Source of the DNA: Phyllobates terribilis
Lineage: Eukaryota
Length of the DNA: 64,000 nucleotides
Direction: 5' to 3'
NCBI RefSeq assembly: GCF_046119375.1
Contig: NW_027362772.1
Coordinates: 314,650,001 to 314,714,000 of the forward strand
The notes below the pieces were generated by a model that did not search any database, had not been told where the DNA came from, and was given only the letters and a program-made list of their open reading frames with translations. This document shows, one piece after another, positions 23,332 to 37,400 of the stretch (within the stretch, counting starts at the first letter, position 1; the number at the start of each line of letters is the position of its first letter). The position numbers were made by a program, and so were the translations under genes.

Positions 23332-24959
23332 CAGTACAGACCAAAAGTTTGGACACACCTTCTCATTTAAAGATTTTTCTGTATTTTCACGACTATGAAA
23401 ATTGTACATTCACACTGAAGGCATCAAAACTATGAATTACCACATGTGGAATTATATACTTAACAAAAAAGTGTGAAACAACTGAAAATATGTCTTATAT
23501 TCTAGGTTCTTCACAGTAGCCACCTTTTGCTTTGATGACTGCTTTGCACACTCTTGGCATTCTCTTGATGAGCTTCAAGAGGTAGTCACCGGAAATGGTC
23601 TTCCAACAATCTTGAAGGAGTTCCCAGAGATGCTTAGCACTTGTTGGCCCTTTTGCCTTCACTCTGCGGTCCAGCTCACCCCAAACCATCTCGATTGGGG
23701 TCAGGTCTGGTGACTGTGGAGGCCAGGTCATCTGGCGTAGCCCCCCATCACTCTCCTCCTTGGTCAAATAGCCCTTACACAGCCTGGAGGTGTTTGGGGT
23801 CATTTCCCTGTTGAAAAATAAATGATGGTCCAACTAAACGCAAACCGGATGGAATAGCATGCTGCTGCAAGATGCTGTGGTAGCCATGCTGGTTCAGTAT
23901 GCCTTCAATTTAGAATAAATCCCCAACAGTGTCACCAGCAAAGCCCCCCCACACCATCACACCTCCTCCTCCATGCTTCACGGTGGGAACCAGGCATGTA
24001 GAGTCCATCCGTTCACCTTTCCTGCGTCGCACAAAGACACGGTGGTTGGAACCAAAGATCTCAAATTTGGACTCATCAGACCAAAGCACAGATTTCCACT
24101 AGTCTAATGTCCGTTCATTGTGCTCTTTAGCCCAAACAAGTCTCTTCTGCTTGTTGCCTGTCCTTAGCAGAGGTTTCCTAGCAGCTATTTTACCATGAAG
24201 GCCTGCTGCACAAAGTCTCCTCTTAACAGTTGTTGTAGAGATGTGTCTGCTGCTAGAACTCTGTGTGGCATTGACCTGGTCTCTAATCTGAGCTGCTGTT
24301 AACCTGTGATTTCTGAGGCTGGTGACTCGGATAAACTTATCCTCAGAAGCAGAGGTGACTCTTGGTCTTCCTTTCCTGGGGCGGTCATCATGTGAGCCAG
24401 TTTCTTTGTAGCGATTTTTGGTTTTTGCAACTGCACTTGGGGACACTTTTAAAGTTTGCCCAATTTTTCGCACTGACTGACCTTCATTTCTTAAAGTAAT
24501 GATGGCCACTAGTTTTTCTTTACTTAGCTGCTATTTTCTTGCCATAATACAAATTCTAACAGTCTATTCAGTAGGACTATCAGCTTTGTATCCACCAGAC
24601 TTCTGCACAACACAACTGATGGTCCCAACCCCATTTATAAGGCAAGAAATCCCACTTATTAAACCTGACAGGGCACACCTGTGAAGTGAAGACCATTTCC
24701 GGTGACTACCTCTAGAAGCTCATGAAGAGAATGCCAAGAGTGTGCAAAGCCGTCATCAAAGCAAAAGGTGGCTACTGTGAAGAACCTAGAATATAAGACA
24801 TATTTTCAGTTGTTTCACACTTTTTTGTTAAGTATATAATTCCACATGTGGTAATTCATAGTTTTGATGCCTTCAGTGTGAATGTACAATTTTCATCGTC
24901 ATGAAAATACAGAAAAATCTTTAAATGAGAAGGTGTGTCCAAACTTTTGGTCTGTACTG
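23332..24959 (-). mobile_element. Full-length Tc1-like transposon with ~272-bp TIRs and TA TSD
   Basis: TA-CAGTACAGACCAAAAGTTTGGACAC ... GTGTCCAAACTTTTGGTCTGTACTG-TA; inverted repeats 23332-23603 and 24688-24959. Confidence 0.93.
23495..24545 (-). pseudogene. Degenerate Tc1 transposase
   Basis: AIITLRNEGQSVRKI (HTH), GRPRVT, WPPQSPDLTPIE, KRMPRVCKAVIKAKGGY; in-frame stops, including codon 5. Confidence 0.9.
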
Positions 24960-25489
24960 TATGTTAAATAAAAAAATAATAGAGACCTGGGAAAACACTA
25001 CAAAATAAGGTTGAGGAAGAATAATAAAATATAAAGCAAAATAACTAAAACTGACAGAGAAAATAAGTACATTAGGAATGGCAGAAAAAAACTAAGAAAA
25101 AAAATTACACAGAAGACTCGGAGGAATCAAATTCAAGAAAAAAGGTCGTAAGGAAAGAATAAAGAGGATTTTTCTACTTACAGCACAACTCATGGGAAGG
25201 CTAAAAAGACGCTCAGAAGATGGCACTTTTGTTTGTTTTTGGCACATTTTTTAGTGTTTCCAGAGCAAAAAAGTTTTATTTATTGTTTATCAGAGCTCAA
25301 AAAACATCCAGAAAATGCCTAAAAAAAACGGTAATGGAAAAAGGTGTTGAAAAAAATGAGATGCTTCACGTTTACAACACTCCAGAATCGGAATTTCCTG
25401 AGGCGTATTGACTTTTTTGACAACCAGAAAAAGACTCAGTGTGAACATACCTAAAGAGTGGACGAGCTAATCAGTAGAAGTGCATTAAG

Positions 25490-28400
25490 TCCACACCCAC
25501 TCCAGCCTGACTGACAGCTATTCAGTCTCCACCCTCCCAGCCTGACTGACAGCTATTCAGTCTCCACTCACTCCAGCCTGACTGACAGCTATTCAGTCTC
25601 CACTCACTCCAGTCTGACTGACAGCTATTCAGTCTTCACTCACTCCAGCCTGACTGACAGCTGTTTAATCTTCACTCACTCCAGCCTGACTGACAGCTAT
25701 TCAGTCTCCACTCACTCCAGCCTGACTGACAGCTATTCAGTCTCCACCCACCTAGCCTGACTGACAGCTATTCAGTCTCCACCCTCCCAGCCTGACTGAC
25801 AGCTATTCAGTCTCCACCCACCTAGCCTGACTGACAGCTATTCAGTCTCCACCCTCCCAGCCTGACTGACAGCTATTCAGTCTCCACTCACTCCAGCCTG
25901 ACTGACAGCTATTCAGTCTTCACTCACTCCAGCCTGACTGACAGCTGTTTAATCTCCACTCACTCCAACCTGACTGACAGCTATTCAGTCTCCACTCACT
26001 CCAGTGTGACTGACAGCTATTCAGTCTCCACCCTCCCAGCCTGACTGACAGCTATTCAGTCTCCACCCTCCCAGCCTGACTGACAGCTGTTCAGTCTCCA
26101 CTCTCCCAGCCTGACTGACAGCTATTCAGTCTCCACTCTCCCAGCCTGACTGACAGCTATTCAGTCTCCACAAACTCCAGCCTGACTGACAGCTATTCAG
26201 TCTTCACTCACTCCAGCCTGACTGACAGCTATTCAGTCTCCACCCTCCCAGCCTGACTGACAGCTATTCAGTCTCCACTCACTCCAGCCTGACTGACAGC
26301 TATTCAGTCTCCACTCACTCCAGCCTGACTGACAGCTATTCAGTCTCCACCCTCCCAGCCTGACTGACAGCTATTCAGTCTCCACCCTCCCAGCCTGATT
26401 GACAGCTATTCAGTCTCTACCCTCCCAGCCTGACTGACAGCTATTCAGTCTCCACTCACTCCAGCCTGACTGACAGCTATTCAGTCTCCACCCACCTAGC
26501 CTGACTGACAGCTATTCAGTCTCCACCCTCCCAGCCTGACTGACAGCTATTCAGTCTCCACCCACCTAGCCTGACTGACAGCTATTCAGTCTCCACCCTC
26601 CCAGCCTGACTGACAGCTATTCAGTCTCCACTCACTACAGCCTGACTGACAGCTATTCAGTCTTCACTCACTCCAGCCTGACTGACAGCTGTTTAATCTC
26701 CACTCACTCCAACCTGACTGACAGCTATTCAGTCTCCACTCACTCCAGTGTGACTGACAGCTATTCAGTCTCCACCCTCCCAGCCTGACTGACAGCTATT
26801 CAGTCTCCACCCTCCCAGCCTGACTGACAGCTGTTCAGTCTCCACTCTCCCAGCCTGACTGACAGCTATTCAGTCTCCACTCTCCCAGCCTGACTGACAG
26901 CTATTCAGTCTCCACAAACTCCAGCCTGACTGACAGCTATTCAGTCTTCACTCACTCCAGCCTGACTGACAGCTATTCAGTCTCCACCCTCCCAGCCTGA
27001 CTGACAGCTATTCAGTCTCCACTCACTCCAGCCTGACTGACAGCTATTCAGTCTCCACTCACTCCAGCCTGACTGACAGCTATTCAGTCTCCACCCTCCC
27101 AGCCTGACTGACAGCTATTCAGTCTCCACCCTCCCAGCCTGATTGACAGCTATTCAGTCTCTACCCTCCCAGCCTGACTGACAGCTATTCAGTCTCCACC
27201 CTCCCAGCCTGACTGACAGCTATTCAGTCTCCACCCTCCCAGCCTGACTGACAGCTATTCAGTCTCTACCCTCCCAGCCTGACTGACAGCTATTCAGTCT
27301 CCACTCACTCCAGCCTGACTGACAGCTATTCAGTCTCTACCCTCCCAGCCTGACTGACAGCTATTCAGTCTCCACTCACTCCAGCCTGACTGACAGCTAT
27401 TCAGTCTCCACTCACTCCAGCCTGACTGACAGCTATTCAGTCTCCACCCTCCCAGCCTGACTGACAGCTATTCAGTCTCCACCCTCCCAGCCTGATTGAC
27501 AGCTATTCAGTCTCTACCCTCCCAGCCTGACTGACAGCTATTCAGTCTCCACCCTCCCAGCCTGACTGACAGCTATTCAGTCTCCACCCTCCCAGCCTCA
27601 CTGACAGCTATTCAGTCTCCACTCACTCCAGCCTGACTGACAGTTGTTCAGTCTCCACTCACTCCAGCCTGACTGACAGCTGTTCAGTCACCACTCACTC
27701 CAGCCTGACTGACAGCTATTCAGTCTCCACTCACTCCAGCCTGACTGACAGCTATTCAGTCTCCACCCTCCCAGCCTGACAGCTATTCAGTCACCACTCA
27801 CTCCAGCCTGACTGACAGCTATTCAGTCTCCACTCATTCGAGCCTGACTGACAGCTATTCAGTCTCCACTCACTCCAGCCTGACTGACAGCTATTCAGTC
27901 ACCACCCTCCCAGCCTGACTGAAAGCTATTCAGTCTCCACTCACTCCAGCCTGACTGACAGCTATTTAGTCTCCACCCTCCCAGTCTGACTGACAGCTAT
28001 TCAGTCTCCACTCACTCCAACCTGACTGACAGCTGTTCAGTCTCCACTCACTCCAGCCTAACTGACAGCTATTCAGTCTCCACCCTCCCAGCCAGACTGA
28101 CAGCTATTCAGTCTCCACTCACTCCAGCCTGACTGACAGCTGTTCAGTCTCCACTCACTCCAGCCTAACTGACAGCTATTCTGTCTCCACCCTCCCAGCC
28201 TGACTGACAGCTATTCAGTCTCCACTCACTCCTGCCTGACTGACAGCTATTCACCCACTCCAGCCTGACTGACAGCTAGTCAGAATCCACTCACTCCAGC
28301 CTGACTGACAGCTATTCAGTCTCCACTCACTCCAGCCTGACTGACAGCTGTTCAGTCTACACTCACTCCAGTCTGACTGACAGCTATTCAGTCTTCACTC

Positions 28401-31400
28401 ACTCCAGCCTGACTGACAGCTATTCAGTCTCCACTCACTCCAGCCTGACTGACAGCTGTTCAGTCTCCACTCACTCCAGCCTAACTGACAGCTATTCTGT
28501 CTCCACCCTCCCAGCCTGACTGACAGCTATTCAGTCTCTACCCTCCCAGCCTGACTGACAGCTATTCAGTCTCCACTCACTCCAGCCTGACTGACAGCTA
28601 TTCAGTCTCCACTCACTCCAGCCTGACTGACAGCTATTCAGTCTCCACCCTCCCAGCCTGACTGACAGCTATTCAGTCTCCACCCTCCCAGCCTGATTGA
28701 CAGCTATTCAGTCTCTACCCTCCCAGCCTGACTGACAGCTATTCAGTCTCCACCCTCCCAGCCTGACTGACAGCTATTCAGTCTCCACCCTCCCAGCCTC
28801 ACTGACAGCTATTCAGTCTCCACTCACTCCAGCCTGACTGACAGTTGTTCAGTCTCCACTCACTCCAGCCTGACTGACAGCTGTTCAGTCACCACTCACT
28901 CCAGCCTGACTGACAGCTATTCAGTCTCCACTCACTCCAGCCTGACTGACAGCTATTCAGTCTCCACCCTCCCAGCCTGACAGCTATTCAGTCACCACTC
29001 ACTCCAGCCTGACTGACAGCTATTCAGTCTCCACTCATTCGAGCCTGACTGACAGCTATTCAGTCTCCACTCACTCCAGCCTGACTGACAGCTATTCAGT
29101 CACCACCCTCCCAGCCTGACTGAAAGCTATTCAGTCTCCACTCACTCCAGCCTGACTGACAGCTATTTAGTCTCCACCCTCCCAGTCTGACTGACAGCTA
29201 TTCAGTCTCCACTCACTCCAACCTGACTGACAGCTGTTCAGTCTCCACTCACTCCAGCCTAACTGACAGCTATTCAGTCTCCACCCTCCCAGCCAGACTG
29301 ACAGCTATTCAGTCTCCACTCACTCCAGCCTGACTGACAGCTGTTCAGTCTCCACTCACTCCAGCCTAACTGACAGCTATTCTGTCTCCACCCTCCCAGC
29401 CTGACTGACAGCTATTCAGTCTCCACTCACTCCTGCCTGACTGACAGCTATTCACCCACTCCAGCCTGACTGACAGCTAGTCAGAATCCACTCACTCCAG
29501 CCTGACTGACAGCTATTCAGTCTCCACTCACTCCAGCCTGACTGACAGCTGTTCAGTCTACACTCACTCCAGTCTGACTGACAGCTATTCAGTCTTCACT
29601 CACTCCAGCCTGACTGACAGCTATTCAGTCTCCACTCACTCCAGCCTGACTGACAGCTGTTCAGTCTCCACTCACTCCAGCCTAACTGACAGCTATTCTG
29701 TCTCCACCCTCCCAGCCTGACTGACAGCTATTCAGTCTCCACTCACTCCTGCCTGACTGACAGCTATTCACCCACTCCAGCCTGACTGACAGCTAGTCAG
29801 AATCCACTCACTCCAGCCTGACTGACAGCTATTCAGTCTCCACTCACTCCAGCCTGACTGACAGGTGTTCAGTCTACACTCACTCCAGTCTGACTGACAG
29901 CTATTCAGTCTTCACTCACTCCAGCCTGACTGACAGCTATTCAGTCACCACCCCCCAGCCTGACTGACAGCTATTCAGTCTCCACTCATTCGAGCCTGAC
30001 TGACAGCTATTCAGTCTCCACTCACTCCAGCCTGACTGACAGCTATTCAGTCACCACCCTCCCAGCCTGACTGAAAGCTATTCAGTCTCCACTCACTCCA
30101 GCCTGACTGACAGCTATTTAGTCCCCACCCTCCCAGTCTGACTGACAGCTATTCAGTCTCCACTCACTCCAACCTGACTGACAGCTGTTCAGTCTCCACT
30201 CACTCCAGCCTAACTGACAGCTATTCAGTCTCCACCCTCCCAGCCAGACTGACAGCTATTCAGTCTCCACCCTCCCAGCCAGACTGACAGCTATTCAGTC
30301 TCCACTCACTCCAGCCTGACTGACAGCTGTTCAGTCTCCACTCACTCCAGCCTAACTGATAGCTATTCTGTCTCCACCCTCCCAGCCTGACTGACAGCTA
30401 TTCAGTCTCCACTCACTCCTGCCTGACTGACAGCTATTCACCCACTCCAGCCTGACTGACAGCTAGTCAGAATCCACTCACTCCAGCCTGACTGACAGCT
30501 ATTCAGTCTCCACTCACTCCAGCCTGACTGACAGCTGTTCAGTCTACACTCACTCCAGTCTGACTGACAGCTATTCAGTCTTCACTCACTCCAGCCTGAC
30601 TGACAGCTATTCAGTCTCCACTCACTCCAGCCTGACTGACAGCTGTTCAGTCTCCACTCACTCCAGCCTAACTGACAGCTATTCTGTCTCCACCCTCCCA
30701 GCCTGACTGACAGCTATTCAGTCTCCACTCACTCCTGCCTGACTGACAGCTATTCACCCACTCCAGCCTGACTGACAGCTAGTCAGAATCCACTCACTCC
30801 AGCCTGACTGACAGCTATTCAGTCTCCACTCACTCCAGCCTGACTGACAGCTGTTCAGTCTACACTCACTCGTCTGACTGACAGCTATTCAGTCTTCACT
30901 CACTCCAGCCTGACTGACAGCTATTCAGTCACCACCCCCCAGCCTGACTGACAGCTATTCAGTCTCCACTCATTCGAGCCTGACTGACAGCTATTCAGTC
31001 TCCACTCACTCCAGCCTGACTGACAGCTATTCAGTCACCACCCTCCCAGCCTGACTGAAAGCTATTCAGTCTCCACTCACTCCAGCCTGACTGACAGCTA
31101 TTTAGTCTCCACCCTCCCAGTCTGACTGACAGCTATTCAGTCTCCACTCACTCCAACCTGACTGACAGCTGTTCAGTCTCCACTCACTCCAGCCTAACTG
31201 ACAGCTATTCAGTCTCCACCCTCCCAGCCAGACTGACAGCTATTCAGTCTCCACTCACTCCAGCCTGACTGACAGCTGTTCAGTCTCCACTCACTCCAGC
31301 CTAACTGACAGCTATTCTGTCTCCACCCTCCCAGCCTGACTGACAGCTATTCAGTATCCACTCACTCCTGCCTGACTGACAGCTATTCACCCACTCCAGC

Positions 31401-34400
31401 CTGACTGACAGCTAGTCAGAATCCACTCACTCCAGCCTGACTGACAGCTATTCAGTCTCCACTCACTCCAGCCTGACTGACAGCTGTTCAGTCTACACTC
31501 ACTCCAGTCTGACTGACAGCTATTCAGTCTTCACTCACTCCAGCCTGACTGACAGCTATTCAGTCTCCACTCACTCCAGCCTGACTGACAGCTGTTCAGT
31601 CTCCACTCACTCCAGCCTAACTGACAGCTATTCTGTCTCCACCCTCCCAGCCTGACTGACAGCTATTCAGTCTCCACTCACTCCTGCCTGACTGACAGCT
31701 ATTCACCCACTCCAGCCTGACTGACAGCTAGTCAGAATCCACTCACTCCAGCCTGACTGACAGCTATTCAGTCTCCACTCACTCCAGCCTGACTGACAGC
31801 TGTTCAGTCTACACTCACTCCAGTCTGACTGACAGCTATTCAGTCTTCACTCACTCCAGCCTGACTGACAGCTATTCAGTCACCACCCCCCAGCCTGACT
31901 GACAGCTATTCAGTCTCCACTCACTCCAGCCTGACTGACAGCTGTTCAGTCTCCACTCACTCCAGCCTAACTGACAGCTATTCAGTCTCCACCCTCCCAG
32001 CCTGACTGACAGCTATTCAGTCTCCACCCTCCCAGCCTGACTGACAGCTATTCAGTCTCCACTCACTCCAGCTAGACTGACAACAATTCAGTCTCCACTT
32101 ACTCCAGCCTGACTGAAAGCTATTTTGTCTCCACTCACTTCAGCCAGACTGACAGCTATTTAGTCTCCACCCTCCCAGCCTGACAGACAGCTATTCAGTC
32201 TCCACCCTCCCAGCCTGACTGACAGCTATTCAGTCTCCACCCTCCCAGCCTGACTGACAGCTATTCAGTCTCCACTCACTCCAGCCTGACTGACAGCTGT
32301 TCAGTCTTCACTCACTCCAGCCTGACTGACAGCTATTCAGTCTCCACTCACTCCAGCCTGACTGACAGCTGTTCAGTCTCCACTCACTCCAGCCTAACTG
32401 ACAGCTATTCTGTCTCCACCCTCCCAGCCTGACTGACAGCTATTCAGTCTCCTCTCACTCCTGCCTGACTGACAGCTATTCACCCACTCCAGCCTGACTG
32501 ACAGCTATTCAGTCTCCACTCACTCTAGCCTGACTGACAGCTGTTCAGTCTACACTCACTCCAGTCTGACTGACAGCTATTCAGTCTTCACTCACTCCAG
32601 CCTGACTGACAGCTATTCAGTCACCACCCCCCAGCCTGACTGACAGCTATTCAGTCTCCACTCACTCCAGCCTGACTGACAGCTGTTCAGTCTCCACTCA
32701 CTCCAGCCTAACTGACAGCTATTCAGTCTCCACCCTCCCAGCCTGACTGACAGTTATTCAGTCTCCACCGTCCCAGCCTGACTGACAGCTATTCAGTCTC
32801 CACTCACTCCAGCTAGACTGACAACAATTCAGTCTCCACTTACTCCAGCCTGACTGAAAGCTATTTTGTCTCCACTCACTTCAGCCAGACTGACAGCTAT
32901 TTAGTCTCCACCCTCCCAGCCTGACAGACAGCTATTCAGTCTTCACCCTCCCAGCCTGACTGACAGCTATTCAGTCTCCACCCTCCCAGCCTGAATTACA
33001 GCTATTCAGGCTCCAACCTCCCAGCCTGACTAACAGCTTTTCAGTCTCTACTCACTCCAGCCTGACTGACAGCTATTCAGTCTCCACTCACTCCAGCCTG
33101 ACTGACAGCTATTCAGTCTCCACTCACTCCAGCCTGACTGACAGCTATTCAGTCACCACCCTCCCAGCCTGACTGACAGCTTTTCAGTCTCCACTCACTC
33201 CAGCCTGACTGACAGCTATTCAGTCTCCACTCACTCCAGCCTGACTGACAGCTATTCAGTCTCCACTCACTCCAGCCTGACTGACAGCTATTGAGTCTCC
33301 ACTCACTCCAGCCTGACTGACAGCTGTTCAGTCTCCACTCACTCCAGCTTGACTGACAGCTATTCAGTCTCCACTCACTCCAGCCTGACTGACAGCTATT
33401 CAGTCACCACCCTCCCAGCCTGACTGACAGCTATTCAGTCTCCACTCACTCCAGCCTGACTGACAGCTATTCAGTCTCCACCCTCCCAGTCTGACTGACA
33501 GCTATTCAGTCTCCACTCACTCCAGCCTGACTGACAGCTGTTCAGTCTCCACTCACTCCAGCCTATCTGACAGCTATTCAGTCTCCACCCTCCCAGCCTG
33601 ACTGACAGCTATTCAGTCTCCACTCACTCCAGCCAGACTGACAGCTATTCAGTCTCCACTCACTCCAGCCTGACTGAAAGCTATTTAGTCTCCACTCACT
33701 CCAGCCAGACTGACAGCTATTTAGTCTCCACCCTCCCAGCCTGACTGACAGCTATTCAGTCTCCACCCTCCCAGCCTGACTGACAGCTATTCAGTCTCCA
33801 CCCTCCCAGCCTGACTGACAGCTATTCAGGCTCCACCCTCCCAGCCTGACTGACAGCTTTTCAGTCTCCACTCACTCCAGCCTGACTGACAGCTATTCAG
33901 TCTCCACTCACTTCAGCCTGACTGACAGCTATTCAGTCTCCACCCTCCCAGCCTGACAGCTATTCAGTCTCCACTCACTCCAGCCTGACAGCTATTCAGT
34001 CTCCACCCTCCCAGCCAGAGAGCTATTCAGTCTCCACTCACTCCAGCCTGACTGACAGCTATTCAGTCTCCACCCTCCCAGCCTGACTGACAGCTATTCA
34101 GTCTCCACTCACTCCAGCCTGACTGACAGCTATTCAGTCTCCACTCACTCCAGCCTGACTGACAGCTATTCAGTCTCCACTCACTCCAGCCTGACAGACA
34201 GCTATTCAGTCTCCACTCACTCCAGCCTGACCGACAGCTATTCTGTCTCCACCCTCCCAGCCAGACTAACAGCTATTCAGTCTCCACTCACTCCAGCCTG
34301 ACTGAAAGCTATTTAGTCTCCACTCACTCCAGCCAGACTGACAGCTATTTAGTCTCCACCCTCCCAGCCTGACTGACAGCTATTCAGTCTCCACCCTCCC

Positions 34401-37400
34401 AGCCTGACTGACAGCTATTCTGTCTCCACCCTCCCAGCCTGACTGACAGCTATTCAGTCTCCACTCACTCTAGCCAGACTGACAGCTATTCAGTCACCAC
34501 TCACTCCAGCCTGACTGACAGCTATTCACCCACTCCAGCCTGACTGACAGCTAGTCAGTCTCCACTCACTCCAGCCTGACTGACCGCTATTCAGTCTCCA
34601 CTCACTCCAGCCTGACTGACAGCTGTTCAGTCTCCACTCACTCCAGCCTGACTGACAGCTATTCAGTCTACACTCACTCCAGCCTGACTGACAGCTATTC
34701 AGTCACCACCCTCCCAGCCTCACTGACAGCTATTCAGTCTACACTCACTCCAGCCTGACTGACAGCTATTCAGTCTCCACCCTCCCAGCCTGACTGACAG
34801 CTATTCAGTCTCCACTCACTCCAGCCAGACTGACAGCTATTCAGTCACCACTCACTCCAGCCTGACTGACAGCTATTCACCCACTCCAGCCTGACTGACA
34901 GCTAGTCAGTCTCCACTCACTCCAGCCTGACTGACCGCTATTCAGTCTCCACTCACTCCAGCCTGACTGACAGCTATTCAGTCTTCACTCACTCCAGCCT
35001 GACTGACAGCTATTCTGTCTCCACCCTCCCAGCCTGACTGACAGCTATTCAGTCACCACTCACTCCTGCCTGACTGACAGCTATTCACCCACTCCAGCCT
35101 GACTGACAGCTAGTCAGTATCCACTCACTCCAGCCTGACTGACAGCTATTCAGTCTCCACTCACTCCAGCCTGACTGACAGCTGTTCAGTCTACACTCAC
35201 TCCAGTCTGACTGACAGCTATTCAGTCTTCACTCACTCCAGCCTGACTGACAGCTATTCAGTCACCACCCCCCCAGCCTGACTGACAGCTATTCAGTCTC
35301 CACTCACTCCAGCCTGACTGACAGCTATTCAGTTTCCACCCTCCCAGTCTGACTGACAGCTATTCAGTCTCCACTCACTCCAGGCTGACTGACAGCTGTT
35401 CAGTCTCCACTCACTCCAGCCTAACTGACAGCTATTCAGTCTCCACCCTCCCAGCCTGACTGACAGCTATTCAGTCTCCACTTACTCCAGCTAGACTGAC
35501 AACAATTCAGTCTCCACTTACTCCAGCCTGACTGAAAGCTATTTTGTCTCCACTCACTTCAGCCAGACTGACAGCTATTTAGTCTCCACCCTCCCAGCCT
35601 GACAGACAGCTATTCAGTCTCCACCCTCCCAGCCTGACTGACAGCTATTCAGTCTCCACCCTCCCAGCCTGACTGACAGCTTTTCAGTCTCCACTCACTC
35701 CAGCCTGACTGACAGCTATTCAGTCTCCACTCACTCCAGCCTGACTGACAGCTATTCAGTCTCCACTCACTCCAGCCTGACTGACAGCTATTCAGTCACC
35801 ACCCTCCCAGCCTGACTGACAGCTATTCAGTCTCCACTCACTCCAGCCTGACTGACAGCTATTGAGTCTCCACTCACTCCAGCCTGACTGACAGCTGTTC
35901 AGTCTCCACTCACTCCAGCTTGACTGACAGCTATTCAGTCTCCACTCACTCCAGCCTGACTGACAGCTATTCAGTCTCCACCCTCCCAGTCTGACTGAGA
36001 GCTATTCAGTCTCCACTCACTCCAGCCTGACTGACAGCTGTTCAGTCTCCACTCACTCCAGCCTATCTGACAGCTATTCAGTCTCCACTCACTCCAGCCT
36101 GACTGACAGCTATTCAGTCTCCACCCTCCCAGCCTGACTGACAGCTATTCAGTCTCCACTCACTCCAGCCAGACTGACAGCTATTCAGTCTCCACTCACT
36201 CCAGCCTGACTGAAAGCTATTTAGTCTCCACTCACTCCAGCCAGACTGACAGCTATTTGGTCTCCACGCTCCCAGCCTGACTGACAGCTATTCAGTCTCC
36301 ACCCTCCCAGCCTGACTGACAGCTATTCAGTCTCCACCCTCCCAGCCTGACTGACAGCTATTCACTCTCCATTCACTCCAGCCTGACTGACAGCTATTCA
36401 GTCTCCTCTCACTCCAGCCTGACTGACAGCTATTCAGTCTCCACCATCCCAGCCTGACTGACAGCTATTCACTCTCCATTCACTCCAGCCTGACTGACAG
36501 CTATTCAGTCTCCTCTCACTCCAGCCTGACTGACAGCTATTCAGTCTCCACTCACTCCAGCCTGACTGACAGCTGTTCAGTCTCCACTCACTCCAGCCTG
36601 ACTGACAGCTGTTCAGTCTCCACTCACTCCAGCCTGACTGACAGCTGTTCAGTCACCACCCTCCCAGCCTGACTGACAACTATTCAGTCTCCACTCACTC
36701 CAGCCTGACTGACAGCTATTCAGTCTCCACCCTCCCATTCTGACTGACAGCTATTCAGTCTCCACTCACTTCCGCCTGACTGACAGCTATTCAGTCTCCA
36801 CTCACTCCAGCCTGACTGACAGTTATTCAGTCTCCACTCACTCCAGCCTAACTGACAGCTATTCAGTCTCCGCCCTCCCAGCCAGACTGACAGCTATTCA
36901 GTCTCCACTTACTCCAGCCAGACTGACAGCTATTCAGTCTCCACTCACTCCAGCCTGACTGAAAGCTATTTAGTCTCCACCCTCCCAGCCTGACTGACAG
37001 CTATTCAGTCTCCACCTTCCCAGCCTGACTGACAGCTATTCAGTCTCCACTCTCTCCAGCCTGACTCACAGCTATTCGGTCTCCACTCACTCCAGCCTGA
37101 CTGACAGCTATTCAGTCTCCACTCACTCCAGCCTGACTGACAGCTATTCAGTCTCCACTCACTCCAGCCTGACAGCTATTCAGTCTCCACTCACTCCAGC
37201 CTGACTGAAAGCTATGTAGTCTCCACTCACTCCAGCCAGACTGACAGCTATTTAGTCTCCACGCTCCCAGCCTGACTGACAGCTATTCAGTCTCCACCCT
37301 CCCAGCCTGACTGACAGCTATTCAGTCTCCACCCTCCCAGCCTGACTGACAGCTATTCACTCTCCATTCACTCCAGCCTGACTGACAGCTATTCAGTCTC

